The notes under the pieces are model-generated. The model ran no database searches, was not told where the DNA came from, and saw only the letters and a program-made list of their open reading frames with translations. This document shows positions 55,454 to 64,000 of a stretch of DNA of 64,000 nt, in pieces. This DNA comes from an uncultured Spirochaetaceae bacterium. GTDB taxonomy: Bacteria; Spirochaetota; Spirochaetia; SZUA-6; RPPD01. The stretch spans positions 9,268 through 73,267 of the forward strand of contig CAZWKE010000003.1 in the NCBI GenBank assembly GCA_964634205.1, written 5' to 3'. The translations under genes were made by a program, and so were the position numbers. How positions within the stretch are numbered: the first letter of the stretch is position 1; each line of letters starts with the position of its first letter.

Positions 55454-57313
55454 ATGAATGACAACCTGAATCCCGACAAAAACAGACAAGAACAAACTCC
55501 AAGACCGGGAGGACTATCCAATACATGGAAAATAATCGGTGTGGTGCTGTTAATCACCCTGCTCTTTCCCTGGATCAGTACCTATCTTATGGGTGGGCAG
55601 AACACCATCAGTTACAGCGATTTCAAGCAGGCGGTAAAGGACGGGAATATAAAACAGATTACCATGAAGGGGGACCAGATCACGGGATTGTACAAGGGAA
55701 GTTCCAAGCCCGGAGGAGAAAAGAATTTTGTTACCTATCTTCCGGCCTATACGGATACCGAACTGTCCGGTTTGTTGGATTCCGCAAAGGTTGAGGTATA
55801 CACCGAATCCTCACAGGGGACACCCTGGCTGGCAATCCTGATAAATTTTCTCCCATTGCTGCTGATCTTCGGCTTTTTCTATTATTCCTACCGCCGCATG
55901 CAGGGACAAAGCAACCAGATATTCGGTGTGGGAAAAAGCAGGGCCAAGCTGTATGACCGTAAAAAGGTTACCACCACCTTTAAAGACGTGGGGGGTATCG
56001 AACAGGTGAAGGAAGAGCTTTCTGAGATCATTTCCTATCTGAAGAACCCGGAGCGTTACCGCAAAATCGGGGCCAGGGCACCGAAAGGCGTGCTCCTGGT
56101 CGGCCAGCCGGGAACGGGGAAGACTCTTTTGGCGCGGGCGGTGGCCGGTGAGGCCGATGTCCCCTTCTTCAGTGTGACCGGTTCGGATTTTATGGAAATG
56201 TTTGTCGGTGTGGGGGCATCCCGTGTGCGCAGTCTGTTTGTCGACGCCAAACGAAACTCCCCCAGTATTATTTTTATCGATGAACTCGACTCGATCGGCA
56301 GGCACCGGGGTGCGGGCCTGGGAGGCGGACATGATGAACGGGAGCAAACCTTAAACCAGCTTCTGTCGGAAATGGACGGGTTTGAACCGAATGAAAGTAC
56401 GGTGATAATCGCCGCCACCAACCGGCCGGATATTCTGGATCCGGCGCTGCTGCGTCCCGGACGATTTGACCGCAGAATTTCCGTTGACCTGCCCACCTTA
56501 AGCGAACGGAAGTCGATTCTGGAGCTGCACGCGCGTAACAAGCCCATGCAAAAGAACGTGGATCTGACTGAAACCGCCCAGGGCACCCCGGGATTCAGCG
56601 GTGCCGACCTGTTCAACCTGTTAAACGAGGCCGCACTGCTTGCGGCCCGGAAAAATAAGGACACCATCGGGCCGGAAGAAATGTCTGACGCCAAAGACAA
56701 GATTATCATGGGGCTGGAGCGGACAAACCTGGTATTAAACGATAATGAGAAAAAACTTATTGCATATCATGAGTCCGGCCATACAATCCTGGCCGCCATT
56801 CTGCCCAATGCCGATCCCATCCATAAGGTTTCCCTGATCCCGCGCAGCATGAGCCTGGGGGTGACCCAACAGCTGCCGGAAAAAGACCGCTATATCTTTG
56901 AAAAGAAATACCTGCTTGATAAACTGACCATAATGATGGGCGGTCGGGTGTCCGAGGAGCTGTTCTTTAAGACCGTTACCAGCGGCGCGGAAAATGATCT
57001 GCGAGAAGCCACAAAAATAGCCCGCAAGATGGTCCTGCAATGGGGCATGGGCAAAGGCATGAACAATATCTCATTGGGAAACGGTCATGAGCATGTTTTC
57101 CTGGGAGAGGAAATCGGCAGACCGCGCGAATACAGTGAAGAAACAGCCCGTGAAATAGACGCCGGCATCAAGTCCATTTTGGACGGTGTCTATAAAAAAG
57201 CCAAGGACTTGATTGAAAAGAACAGCAAGCGGCTTGAAACACTGGCCGCTGCCCTGCTGAAAAAAGAAGTACTCACGGGAAAAGAAGTCTTACGGATTAT
57301 TAACAAGAAATAA
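55454..57313 (+). CDS. ftsH: ATP-dependent zinc metalloprotease FtsH
   Basis: 619 aa. Two transmembrane helices. AAA+ Walker A GQPGTGKT. Second region of homology. HESGH zinc site. Confidence 0.95.
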   Translation: MNDNLNPDKNRQEQTPRPGGLSNTWKIIGVVLLITLLFPWISTYLMGGQNTISYSDFKQAVKDGNIKQITMKGDQITGLYKGSSKPGGEKNFVTYLPAYTDTELSGLLDSAKVEVYTESSQGTPWLAILINFLPLLLIFGFFYYSYRRMQGQSNQIFGVGKSRAKLYDRKKVTTTFKDVGGIEQVKEELSEIISYLKNPERYRKIGARAPKGVLLVGQPGTGKTLLARAVAGEADVPFFSVTGSDFMEMFVGVGASRVRSLFVDAKRNSPSIIFIDELDSIGRHRGAGLGGGHDEREQTLNQLLSEMDGFEPNESTVIIAATNRPDILDPALLRPGRFDRRISVDLPTLSERKSILELHARNKPMQKNVDLTETAQGTPGFSGADLFNLLNEAALLAARKNKDTIGPEEMSDAKDKIIMGLERTNLVLNDNEKKLIAYHESGHTILAAILPNADPIHKVSLIPRSMSLGVTQQLPEKDRYIFEKKYLLDKLTIMMGGRVSEELFFKTVTSGAENDLREATKIARKMVLQWGMGKGMNNISLGNGHEHVFLGEEIGRPREYSEETAREIDAGIKSILDGVYKKAKDLIEKNSKRLETLAAALLKKEVLTGKEVLRIINKK

Positions 57314-57539
57314 AACAGAATAGATCCCCCCTCAAAAACACTGTTATCCCCTAAGAATAAAATCAACAAAAAGGCGAAATCACTCATTGGTGGATACCCA
57401 CCGCGGCGGTAGCTTACATATAAAGGCAACCTGCCACCTGTAAGCCTTGTGATGTGAACTCAGATTTATTCTAACTGCCTGGGAGAGCGGCACGTTTCCC
57501 GTTGGGAAATACGATTCTATACTTAAGGAGGGCCTTATA

Positions 57540-59255
57540 ATGAAAAGGCTGATTTTCTTATTGTTTATTTTGGCAGGCACCTGGGCATTTATTTCATGTC
57601 CGGCCAAAGGGGAAGCGGGGATACAGGGACTGACTCCCAAGAATTCCGTAGTGATTTCCGGTGTACTATGGAGTGCCCCATCGAACTTCAATCCGTTTGA
57701 TTCAAGCGGTCAGGTTGCCGGTAAATACCAGATTGTGTATGAGAACCTCTGTCATTACGATATGTTCAAGGGACAGCTTACCCCCTGGCTGGCGACATCC
57801 TGGGAATGGAGCTCCCCTAATGTATTTCTGATTAAACTGCGCAAGGGAGTGAAATGGACCGACGGGCAGAAGTTTACCGCCGATGATGTTATCTATACGT
57901 TTGAGGCGGCCAAAGACATTCCCGCCGTCACCTGGTCAAGCATATGGGACTGGACAAAATCATTTCAAAAGGTCGACGACTATACGGTAAAAGTGACCTT
58001 CGAGAAACCGCATTACCATGAATGGATCCAGCAATTGTATACAGTCCCCATCGTGCCGAAGCACGTCTGGGGTGATAAAAGCGGAAAGACCATTGAAACC
58101 TCCACCAATACTGATCCCAACATGGTGGTAACGGGTGCGTATACATTCGGGGCGGCCCTGGCCGATAAGATGATCTGGAAACGCAACGACAACTGGTGGG
58201 GAAACAGTGTGTTCGGCGCCCCAAAACCCAAATATATTGTTTTTCCGGTCAGTTACAGCAACAATGTAGCCATGGGTTCGGCCATGAAGGGCGAGCTTGA
58301 CCTGGCCAACAGCTATCTGCCGGGACTTTCGAAGATCAAGAACGATTACGGGTTAAAAACCTTTTACAAGAACAAACCCTATCATATGCCGGCAAATGTT
58401 GCCGTGCTTTTCCTCAATACCACAAAAAAACCCATGGATAATGTGATGTTCAGAAAAGCGCTGGCATACGCCATTAATCCGGATCTCATCGTCAACAATG
58501 TGTACGGCGGCCAGGTACAGCAGTCAAATCCTGAGGGGCTTTTGAATATCCCGTCATGGATGAGGTACTACGATAAGAAAGCTGCCGAGAAATACGGCAT
58601 CAGTTACGATCCGGCCAAGGCCAAGGCCATTCTGGACAAACTTGGGTTCAAGGACGTCAACGGCGACGGCTACAGGGAAGACGCAAACGGAAAACCGATG
58701 GAGTTCGACCTTATTGTTCCCAGCGGATGGACGGACTGGATGGACTCAATTAAAGTTATTGCCAAAAGCGCCCAGGCTGTGGGTATCAAAATCAATCCCA
58801 CCTTCCCGGATTACGGCCTGTACTGGGACCAGTTGACCGGGGGCAAATTCGATATGGCGATAAATAATTTCGGTTCATCCATATCCCCTACCCCCTTTAC
58901 CTACTGGAACTGGGTGGCAAACAGCCGCATCAACCGGGACAAGGTCGATACGGGGAATTTCGGCCGTTATAAAAACCAGAAGCTGTTTAAACTGATCGAT
59001 CAGTTTAATACCACCAAACTGGATTCCGACCAGGGGATAAAGATCGCCTCACAGATCGAAACGATCCTGATGCAGGAAATGCCCAGTATCCCCATCTGGT
59101 ATAACGGATTGTGGGCGGCCATGAGTGAGAAAAACTGGACGAACTGGCCCGATGCCCAACACACCCAAAACGGTATTCCCTGTGCATGGGGACATTATTT
59201 CTCATTCGGCGGATACGAGATGCTTCTCAACCTGAAACCGGTAGGGAAAAAGTAA
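57540..59255 (+). CDS. ABC transporter substrate-binding protein, family 5 (oligopeptide/nickel, OppA-like)
   Basis: 571 aa. Signal peptide MKRLIFLLFILAGTWAFISC. SBP_bac_5-like length and composition. RBS AAGGAGGG. Confidence 0.8.
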   Translation: MKRLIFLLFILAGTWAFISCPAKGEAGIQGLTPKNSVVISGVLWSAPSNFNPFDSSGQVAGKYQIVYENLCHYDMFKGQLTPWLATSWEWSSPNVFLIKLRKGVKWTDGQKFTADDVIYTFEAAKDIPAVTWSSIWDWTKSFQKVDDYTVKVTFEKPHYHEWIQQLYTVPIVPKHVWGDKSGKTIETSTNTDPNMVVTGAYTFGAALADKMIWKRNDNWWGNSVFGAPKPKYIVFPVSYSNNVAMGSAMKGELDLANSYLPGLSKIKNDYGLKTFYKNKPYHMPANVAVLFLNTTKKPMDNVMFRKALAYAINPDLIVNNVYGGQVQQSNPEGLLNIPSWMRYYDKKAAEKYGISYDPAKAKAILDKLGFKDVNGDGYREDANGKPMEFDLIVPSGWTDWMDSIKVIAKSAQAVGIKINPTFPDYGLYWDQLTGGKFDMAINNFGSSISPTPFTYWNWVANSRINRDKVDTGNFGRYKNQKLFKLIDQFNTTKLDSDQGIKIASQIETILMQEMPSIPIWYNGLWAAMSEKNWTNWPDAQHTQNGIPCAWGHYFSFGGYEMLLNLKPVGKK

Positions 59256-59263
59256 CATTCATA

Positions 59264-59300
59264 AAACTACCTTATGGCAATGCCATAAGGTAGTTTTTAT
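59264..59300 (+). terminator. Intra-operon terminator/attenuator between the SBP and permease genes
   Basis: Perfect 13-bp inverted repeat CTACCTTATGGCA / TGCCATAAGGTAG (59267..59293) followed by TTTTTAT. Confidence 0.6.
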
Positions 59301-59318
59301 ATAATTAAGGGGATATCC

Positions 59319-60311
59319 ATGGGAAAATATTTTAGAAAAAAGGTTCTGGTCTATCTCATCACTTTTGTTCTGGCAATCACCATAAACTGGATGATTCCGC
59401 GGGCCATGCCCGGAAACCCCATTCAAATCATGCTGTCGCGGATTACCGTCACACCTGATACAAAGGCAAAAATGCAAACCTATTATAAAGAACTCTTCGG
59501 CCTGGACAAACCCTGGACCATACAGTATTTGAACTACTGGAAGAGTATTTTCACGGGGAACCTCGGCAGGAGCATTTCTTTCGGGCTTAGGCCGGTAGGA
59601 GATATTTTGTCAAACGCGGTAATTTTTGACTTTCTATTAATGTTTCCGGCCCTCTTATTAAGTTTTATCTTCGGCAACAAGCTCGGGGCCGTGTCCGGGG
59701 TCAACAAACGCGTTGACAATATCCTTATGCCTGTTTTTTATTTTTTGACCTCGGCTCCCTATTTCTGGTTCGCCGTAATCTTAAGCTTTATCTTCGGTAT
59801 GCAGTTGAACATATTTCCCCTTGGGGGAGCATACGGACAGTTTGTCCTGCCGGGATTTTCCCTGCACTTTATCCTTGATTTTTTGTACCACTGGTTTCTG
59901 CCGTTTATGTCCCTCTTCGCGATCATGCTGGGACAATGGGCCATCGGCATGCGCAATATGATTATTTATGAAATGGGAACAAATTATTCACGGTTTATGG
60001 AAGCCATGGGAAGCCGCCGCGGGCTTATCCGCCGCTACGCCTATAGAAACGGGATACTGCCCCAGGTAACCGGATTGGGTATCCGGTTAGGACAGTTTAT
60101 CGGTGGTGCGCTGGCTACTGAAATTGTGTTTCAATATCCCGGCCTGGGGTACATCCTGTTCCGCGCCATAATTGATCAGGATTATTTTCTGCTGCAGGGT
60201 ATCTTCCTGTTTATCATCCTGTTGATGCTGGTGGCAAACTTCACCGTGGATATTATCTATATGTTCCTTGACCCGCGGGTACGGGTCTCCTTTTCAGGAG
60301 GATCACAATGA
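59319..60311 (+). CDS. ABC transporter permease (OppB/DppB-like)
   Basis: 330 aa, 6 transmembrane helices. Binding-protein-dependent transport signature region. Confidence 0.8.
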   Translation: MGKYFRKKVLVYLITFVLAITINWMIPRAMPGNPIQIMLSRITVTPDTKAKMQTYYKELFGLDKPWTIQYLNYWKSIFTGNLGRSISFGLRPVGDILSNAVIFDFLLMFPALLLSFIFGNKLGAVSGVNKRVDNILMPVFYFLTSAPYFWFAVILSFIFGMQLNIFPLGGAYGQFVLPGFSLHFILDFLYHWFLPFMSLFAIMLGQWAIGMRNMIIYEMGTNYSRFMEAMGSRRGLIRRYAYRNGILPQVTGLGIRLGQFIGGALATEIVFQYPGLGYILFRAIIDQDYFLLQGIFLFIILLMLVANFTVDIIYMFLDPRVRVSFSGGSQ

Positions 60312-61186
60312 GATCCGGAAAGGAAATATCAGCTTACTTGAAAAATCATCCCAACCTCTATTTTACGGTACATAATAAAAAGGTGGTCCTGGGACTCAGT
60401 ATGTTTCTTTTTTTCGCTTTACTCGCGCTGTTGGGGACGCTTCTTACTCCCTATAACTATTCGGATATCGCCGGCGGCAGCGCCCTACCGCCGAACGCGA
60501 AACATATTTTGGGCACAACCCAACTGGGAGAGGATGTTTTTTCACAGGTCATCTATGGATTACGGGCCACCTTCATAACCGGGCTGATCGCCGGCGGACT
60601 GGCCACACTGATCGGAATCTCGGTAGGATTTTTGGCCGGCTATTACGGCGGCAGTCTACTGGATGAAGGTCTGATGATGATCACCAATATCATGCTTGTC
60701 ATCCCGATCATTGCGGTACTGGTCATCATATCGGCCTACCTGCGCCACCTGTCCGTCTTTATCCAGGCCCTGATCATCGGTTCATACAACTGGCCGTGGG
60801 TGGCCAGGGCGGTCCGCGCCCAAACACTGGCCATAAAGAACAATCCGTATGTGAACCTGTCCCATATCTCATCCATTCCCATATCACGCATTATTCGCGA
60901 GGACATAGCCTTCAACATGTTCTCTTATATCTTCATGGCCTTTATCTTACAGTTTTCCGGGAGTGTACTGGCAGCCGCTACTTTGGATTTTATCGGGGTC
61001 GGACCCACCCAGGGCATCTCATTGGGATTAATCATGCGTTTTGCCATCCTGGCGGGCGCCATTCTCCACGGGTACTGGTGGTGGATGATCATTCCCGGGT
61101 TGATACTGACGCTCCTTATTGTATCACTGTATTTGATCAACACGGGCTTGGATGAAGTATTCAATCCCCGTCTGCGTGAATTATGA
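60308..61186 (+). CDS. ABC transporter permease (OppC/DppC-like)
   Basis: 292 aa. Overlaps the previous gene by 4 bp. Confidence 0.8.
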   Translation: MRSGKEISAYLKNHPNLYFTVHNKKVVLGLSMFLFFALLALLGTLLTPYNYSDIAGGSALPPNAKHILGTTQLGEDVFSQVIYGLRATFITGLIAGGLATLIGISVGFLAGYYGGSLLDEGLMMITNIMLVIPIIAVLVIISAYLRHLSVFIQALIIGSYNWPWVARAVRAQTLAIKNNPYVNLSHISSIPISRIIREDIAFNMFSYIFMAFILQFSGSVLAAATLDFIGVGPTQGISLGLIMRFAILAGAILHGYWWWMIIPGLILTLLIVSLYLINTGLDEVFNPRLREL

Positions 61187-61195
61187 GGAGGTCCT

Positions 61196-62200
61196 ATGCC
61201 TGAAAAAATCCTTGAGGTAAAACAGCTGAAAATTTATTACCGCACCCTGCAAGGTTTTGTGAAAGCGGTGGACGGGATCAGTTTTGCGATGGAGCGTGGG
61301 CAGATTGTCGGACTGGCCGGTGAATCGGGGTGTGGGAAAACCACCTTTTGTAACGGATTAATCCTGCGAAAAAAACCCATGCAGTATATGGGCGGCAAAG
61401 CCCTGCTGCTTGGCCATGACCTTATGAGTGCAAACAAAGCGGAGATGCGCAAACTGCGCTATACAAATATTTCCCTTATTCCGCAGTCGGCCATGGACTC
61501 CTTTTCCCCGACAAAAAAAATCAAGACACTTGTTTCCGACCTGGTAAGACAGCATCATATTGAAGCGGACAGTGATTTTTTTCGGAAGGTGAAAGAACGC
61601 TTTGCGCAGGTTAACTTGACACCTGATGTACTGGACAGTTATCCCATTGAGCTGTCGGGCGGCATGAAACAACGCGTATTGATGGTCATTGCCACCATGA
61701 TGAATCCCGATCTGCTGGTTGCCGATGAAATCAGCTCGGCGTTGGATGTTACCTCACAGCGCTTTGTATGTAAACTGCTGGTAGATTTTTTACGTAAAAA
61801 ATTCGTAGGGTCGGTACTGTTTATTACCCATGATCTGTCCATTCTCTACCAGATCGCCGCTAAGATCATTATCATGTACGCCGGCCATCTTGTCGAGGTG
61901 GCGCCGACCAAAGATATTATCCATGCCCCCAAGCATCCCTATACCAAGGCCCTGATCACTTCACTGCCCCGGATCGGGGTTCGATTCAAGGACCATAAGC
62001 TGCGGGGAATAGGGGGCGTTCCGCCCAAGCTGCTGGAGATCGGTCCGGGGTGCCGCTTCCGGTTTCGCTGCCCTTTTGCCGACGAAATTTGTGAACAAAA
62101 AACGCCTCCGGTGGAAAATATAAACAGGGAGCACAGCATTATGTGCCATCATTGGAAAAAGATAGACAGGAACGAACATGAACACAGTACAAAACGATAA
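61196..62200 (+). CDS. ABC transporter ATP-binding protein (OppD-like)
   Basis: 334 aa. Walker A GESGCGKTT, signature LSGGMKQR, and an oligopeptide-ABC C-terminal extension. Confidence 0.85.
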   Translation: MPEKILEVKQLKIYYRTLQGFVKAVDGISFAMERGQIVGLAGESGCGKTTFCNGLILRKKPMQYMGGKALLLGHDLMSANKAEMRKLRYTNISLIPQSAMDSFSPTKKIKTLVSDLVRQHHIEADSDFFRKVKERFAQVNLTPDVLDSYPIELSGGMKQRVLMVIATMMNPDLLVADEISSALDVTSQRFVCKLLVDFLRKKFVGSVLFITHDLSILYQIAAKIIIMYAGHLVEVAPTKDIIHAPKHPYTKALITSLPRIGVRFKDHKLRGIGGVPPKLLEIGPGCRFRFRCPFADEICEQKTPPVENINREHSIMCHHWKKIDRNEHEHSTKR

Positions 62201-63131
62201 CCATAACACGATAATGGAACTTAAAGATGTCACCAAGGTATTCCGCAGGGGATTTTTCAGGAAAGAAAATATTTATGCCGTAGACCATATCAGTTTCAAT
62301 CTGTATCGGGGAAACATCGTCTCTTTAATCGGTGAGAGCGGCAGCGGCAAGACCACCACCGGAAAGATGATTTTAAAACTTTTGAAACCGACCTCGGGAA
62401 ACATCTATTACCGCGGCCGTGACATAAACCTGATAAAAAGCGCCCGGCAGAAAGTGGAATATTACAAGGATGTACAGGCCGTTTTTCAGGAACCGTTTGC
62501 CTCGTTTAATCCTCTTTTTCGGGTAGACCGTATCTTTGATATGGTATTTTCCAGTCTGCTGCCGGAGATAAAATCCCATGACGAGCGCGAAGAACAGGTA
62601 CATACGGTACTGCGAAGTGTGCATCTGGAACCCAGGGAGGTCCTGCAGAAATACCCACACCAGCTCAGCGGAGGCCAGCTGCAGCGCCTGCTGATTGCCA
62701 GGGCGTTACTGCTTCATGCGCGGGTACTGGTGGCCGATGAGCTGATCAGTATGCTTGACGCCTCCACCCGCGTAGGGGTATTGAACCTGCTCGGCGAACT
62801 GGCATACCGGAAAGGGCTTGCCGTTATTTTTATCACCCATGATCTTTCCCTGGGGTTCTATATGAGTGATAAATCATTAATCATGTACAACGGCAGGCTG
62901 GTCGAAACCGGGGATACGGAAAAGGTATATAATGAGGCGGTCCACCCTTATACCAAACTTTTGCTTAATTCCGTACCGGACATCGGCTTCAGGTGGAACA
63001 TGGATAAAGCGTTCAATCCGGAACATATTGTAAGCGACATCGATGACTTTTATAATAAAAACAGAAACCGTTACCCAAAGGGTTTGGTACAAACCGGTGA
63101 CGGAGATCATAAGGTAATGTATACACTATAA
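62178..63131 (+). CDS. ABC transporter ATP-binding protein (OppF-like)
   Basis: 317 aa. Walker A GESGSGKTT, signature LSGGQLQR. Confidence 0.85.
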   Translation: MNTVQNDNHNTIMELKDVTKVFRRGFFRKENIYAVDHISFNLYRGNIVSLIGESGSGKTTTGKMILKLLKPTSGNIYYRGRDINLIKSARQKVEYYKDVQAVFQEPFASFNPLFRVDRIFDMVFSSLLPEIKSHDEREEQVHTVLRSVHLEPREVLQKYPHQLSGGQLQRLLIARALLLHARVLVADELISMLDASTRVGVLNLLGELAYRKGLAVIFITHDLSLGFYMSDKSLIMYNGRLVETGDTEKVYNEAVHPYTKLLLNSVPDIGFRWNMDKAFNPEHIVSDIDDFYNKNRNRYPKGLVQTGDGDHKVMYTL

Positions 63132-63142
63132 GGGAGGAAGGT

Positions 63143-63973
63143 ATGAGTGACGCAGTTTTTAAGAAGGTAAGGCTGCACAATGGCGTGGAAATGCCCGCGG
63201 TGGGGTTGGGCGTGTTTCTGATAAAACCGGGCCGGGAAGCCGAGCAGGCGGTGGAAACCGCGCTGCAGGCGGGGTACCGCAGTATCGATACGGCTACCTT
63301 TTATGATAACGAAGCCGACGTGGGCCGGGCAATACAGAGGAGCAGCATCCCCCGTGAAGAAATCTTTGTTACCACAAAAGTATGGCCCACAGACCAGGGG
63401 TATGAAGAGACGCTTGCTGCCTTCAGGCGCAGCCTGGACCGTTTGGATATGGAGTACATTGATCTGTACCTTATTCATTGGCCCCGTGAATCAAAAAGCA
63501 GGGACACCTGGCGGGCGCTTGAAACCATCTATAATAACAAGCAGGCCAGGGCCATCGGGGTAAGCAACTATACAACAACCCATCTTGAGAAGCTGAAGCA
63601 GTTCTGGGGAATCTCCCCCATGGTCAACCAGATTGAATATCACCCCTATTTACAGCAGCCGGAATTAGTCCGCTACTGTACCGCCAATAATATCCGGGTC
63701 GAAGCCTGGAGCCCGTTGATGCGGGGGAAGGTGCTGCATGACACGGTGATAACCGCGCTGGCCGCGAAATACAACAGATCGCCGGCCCAGGTAACCCTGC
63801 GCTGGGAGCTGCAAAAGGGGCTGTTGGTGATTCCCAAGTCGGTACACGAAAAGAGAATGGTCGAAAACAAGACCCTGTTCGATTTTGAAATAGGGGCCGC
63901 GGACATGGAAAAGATAGACGCGCTGGACAGGAATGAACGGATCGGTCCGGACCCGCACGATATCAACTTTTAA
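63143..63973 (+). CDS. Aldo/keto reductase (2,5-diketo-D-gluconate reductase-like)
   Basis: 276 aa. Contains GYRSIDTA, LIHWP and IPKS motifs typical of the AKR family. Confidence 0.85.
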   Translation: MSDAVFKKVRLHNGVEMPAVGLGVFLIKPGREAEQAVETALQAGYRSIDTATFYDNEADVGRAIQRSSIPREEIFVTTKVWPTDQGYEETLAAFRRSLDRLDMEYIDLYLIHWPRESKSRDTWRALETIYNNKQARAIGVSNYTTTHLEKLKQFWGISPMVNQIEYHPYLQQPELVRYCTANNIRVEAWSPLMRGKVLHDTVITALAAKYNRSPAQVTLRWELQKGLLVIPKSVHEKRMVENKTLFDFEIGAADMEKIDALDRNERIGPDPHDINF

Positions 63974-64000
63974 AGCGGCGTAATGGAAACACCATTTTCA

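Noticed and set aside
56056-56709. 217-aa minus-strand ORF inside ftsH
   Set aside because: Antisense shadow opposite the AAA+ domain.
1-64000. CRISPR arrays, transposases, integrases, prophage or defense-island genes
   Set aside because: Looked for regular short direct repeats with spacers and for recombinase/transposase-like ORFs. None found. The only repeats are the intragenic 666-bp tandem duplication and short operator-like motifs.

Overview
This 64-kb window has about 55 protein genes and 3 tRNAs, and reads like a Spirochaetes chromosome (Treponema/Spirochaeta-like, roughly 50% GC). The lineage call rests on a spirochete-type chemotaxis operon (cheA, a cheW-cheR fusion, cheX, cheY) and a FlaA-like flagellar sheath protein with a near-consensus sigma-70 promoter.

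Genes present, by group:
- **Housekeeping:** lepA, fusA, der, ptsI, ftsH, rubredoxin, htrA, a PIN-PhoH protein, an MscS channel, an N-acetylmuramoyl-L-alanine amidase with a GerMN partner, an Opp-like ABC transporter operon, and an aldo/keto reductase.
- **Signalling:** an orphan hybrid histidine kinase, three histidine kinase / response regulator pairs, a phosphorelay of REC, Hpt and a dual-REC protein, and a REC-PilZ protein divergent from cheA.
- **Motility and glycosylation:** a Maf/DUF115 motility-associated factor, and a five-gene overlapping minus-strand operon at 17.5-24.0 kb that looks like flagellin or surface sugar (nonulosonic-acid type) modification.

The most unusual content is that 17.5-24.0 kb operon together with its upstream neighbour. 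The operon encodes an ATP-grasp enzyme, a PseG-like hydrolase fused to a zinc ribbon and a SAM methyltransferase, a CMP-sugar cytidylyltransferase, a degenerate GT-A-like protein, and a radical-SAM/SPASM enzyme with an extra N-terminal domain. A 1288-aa gene sits immediately upstream (transmembrane helix, coiled coil, C-terminal HTH) and carries an old internal tandem duplication. It is expressed divergently from a two-component system through an intergenic region packed with palindromic and 10-bp direct-repeat operator-like sites.

No transposases, integrases, CRISPR arrays or obvious defense genes were seen. Many ORFs in the track are antisense shadow ORFs inside real genes and were discarded. 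All functional calls are inferred from motifs read by eye; no database search was run.
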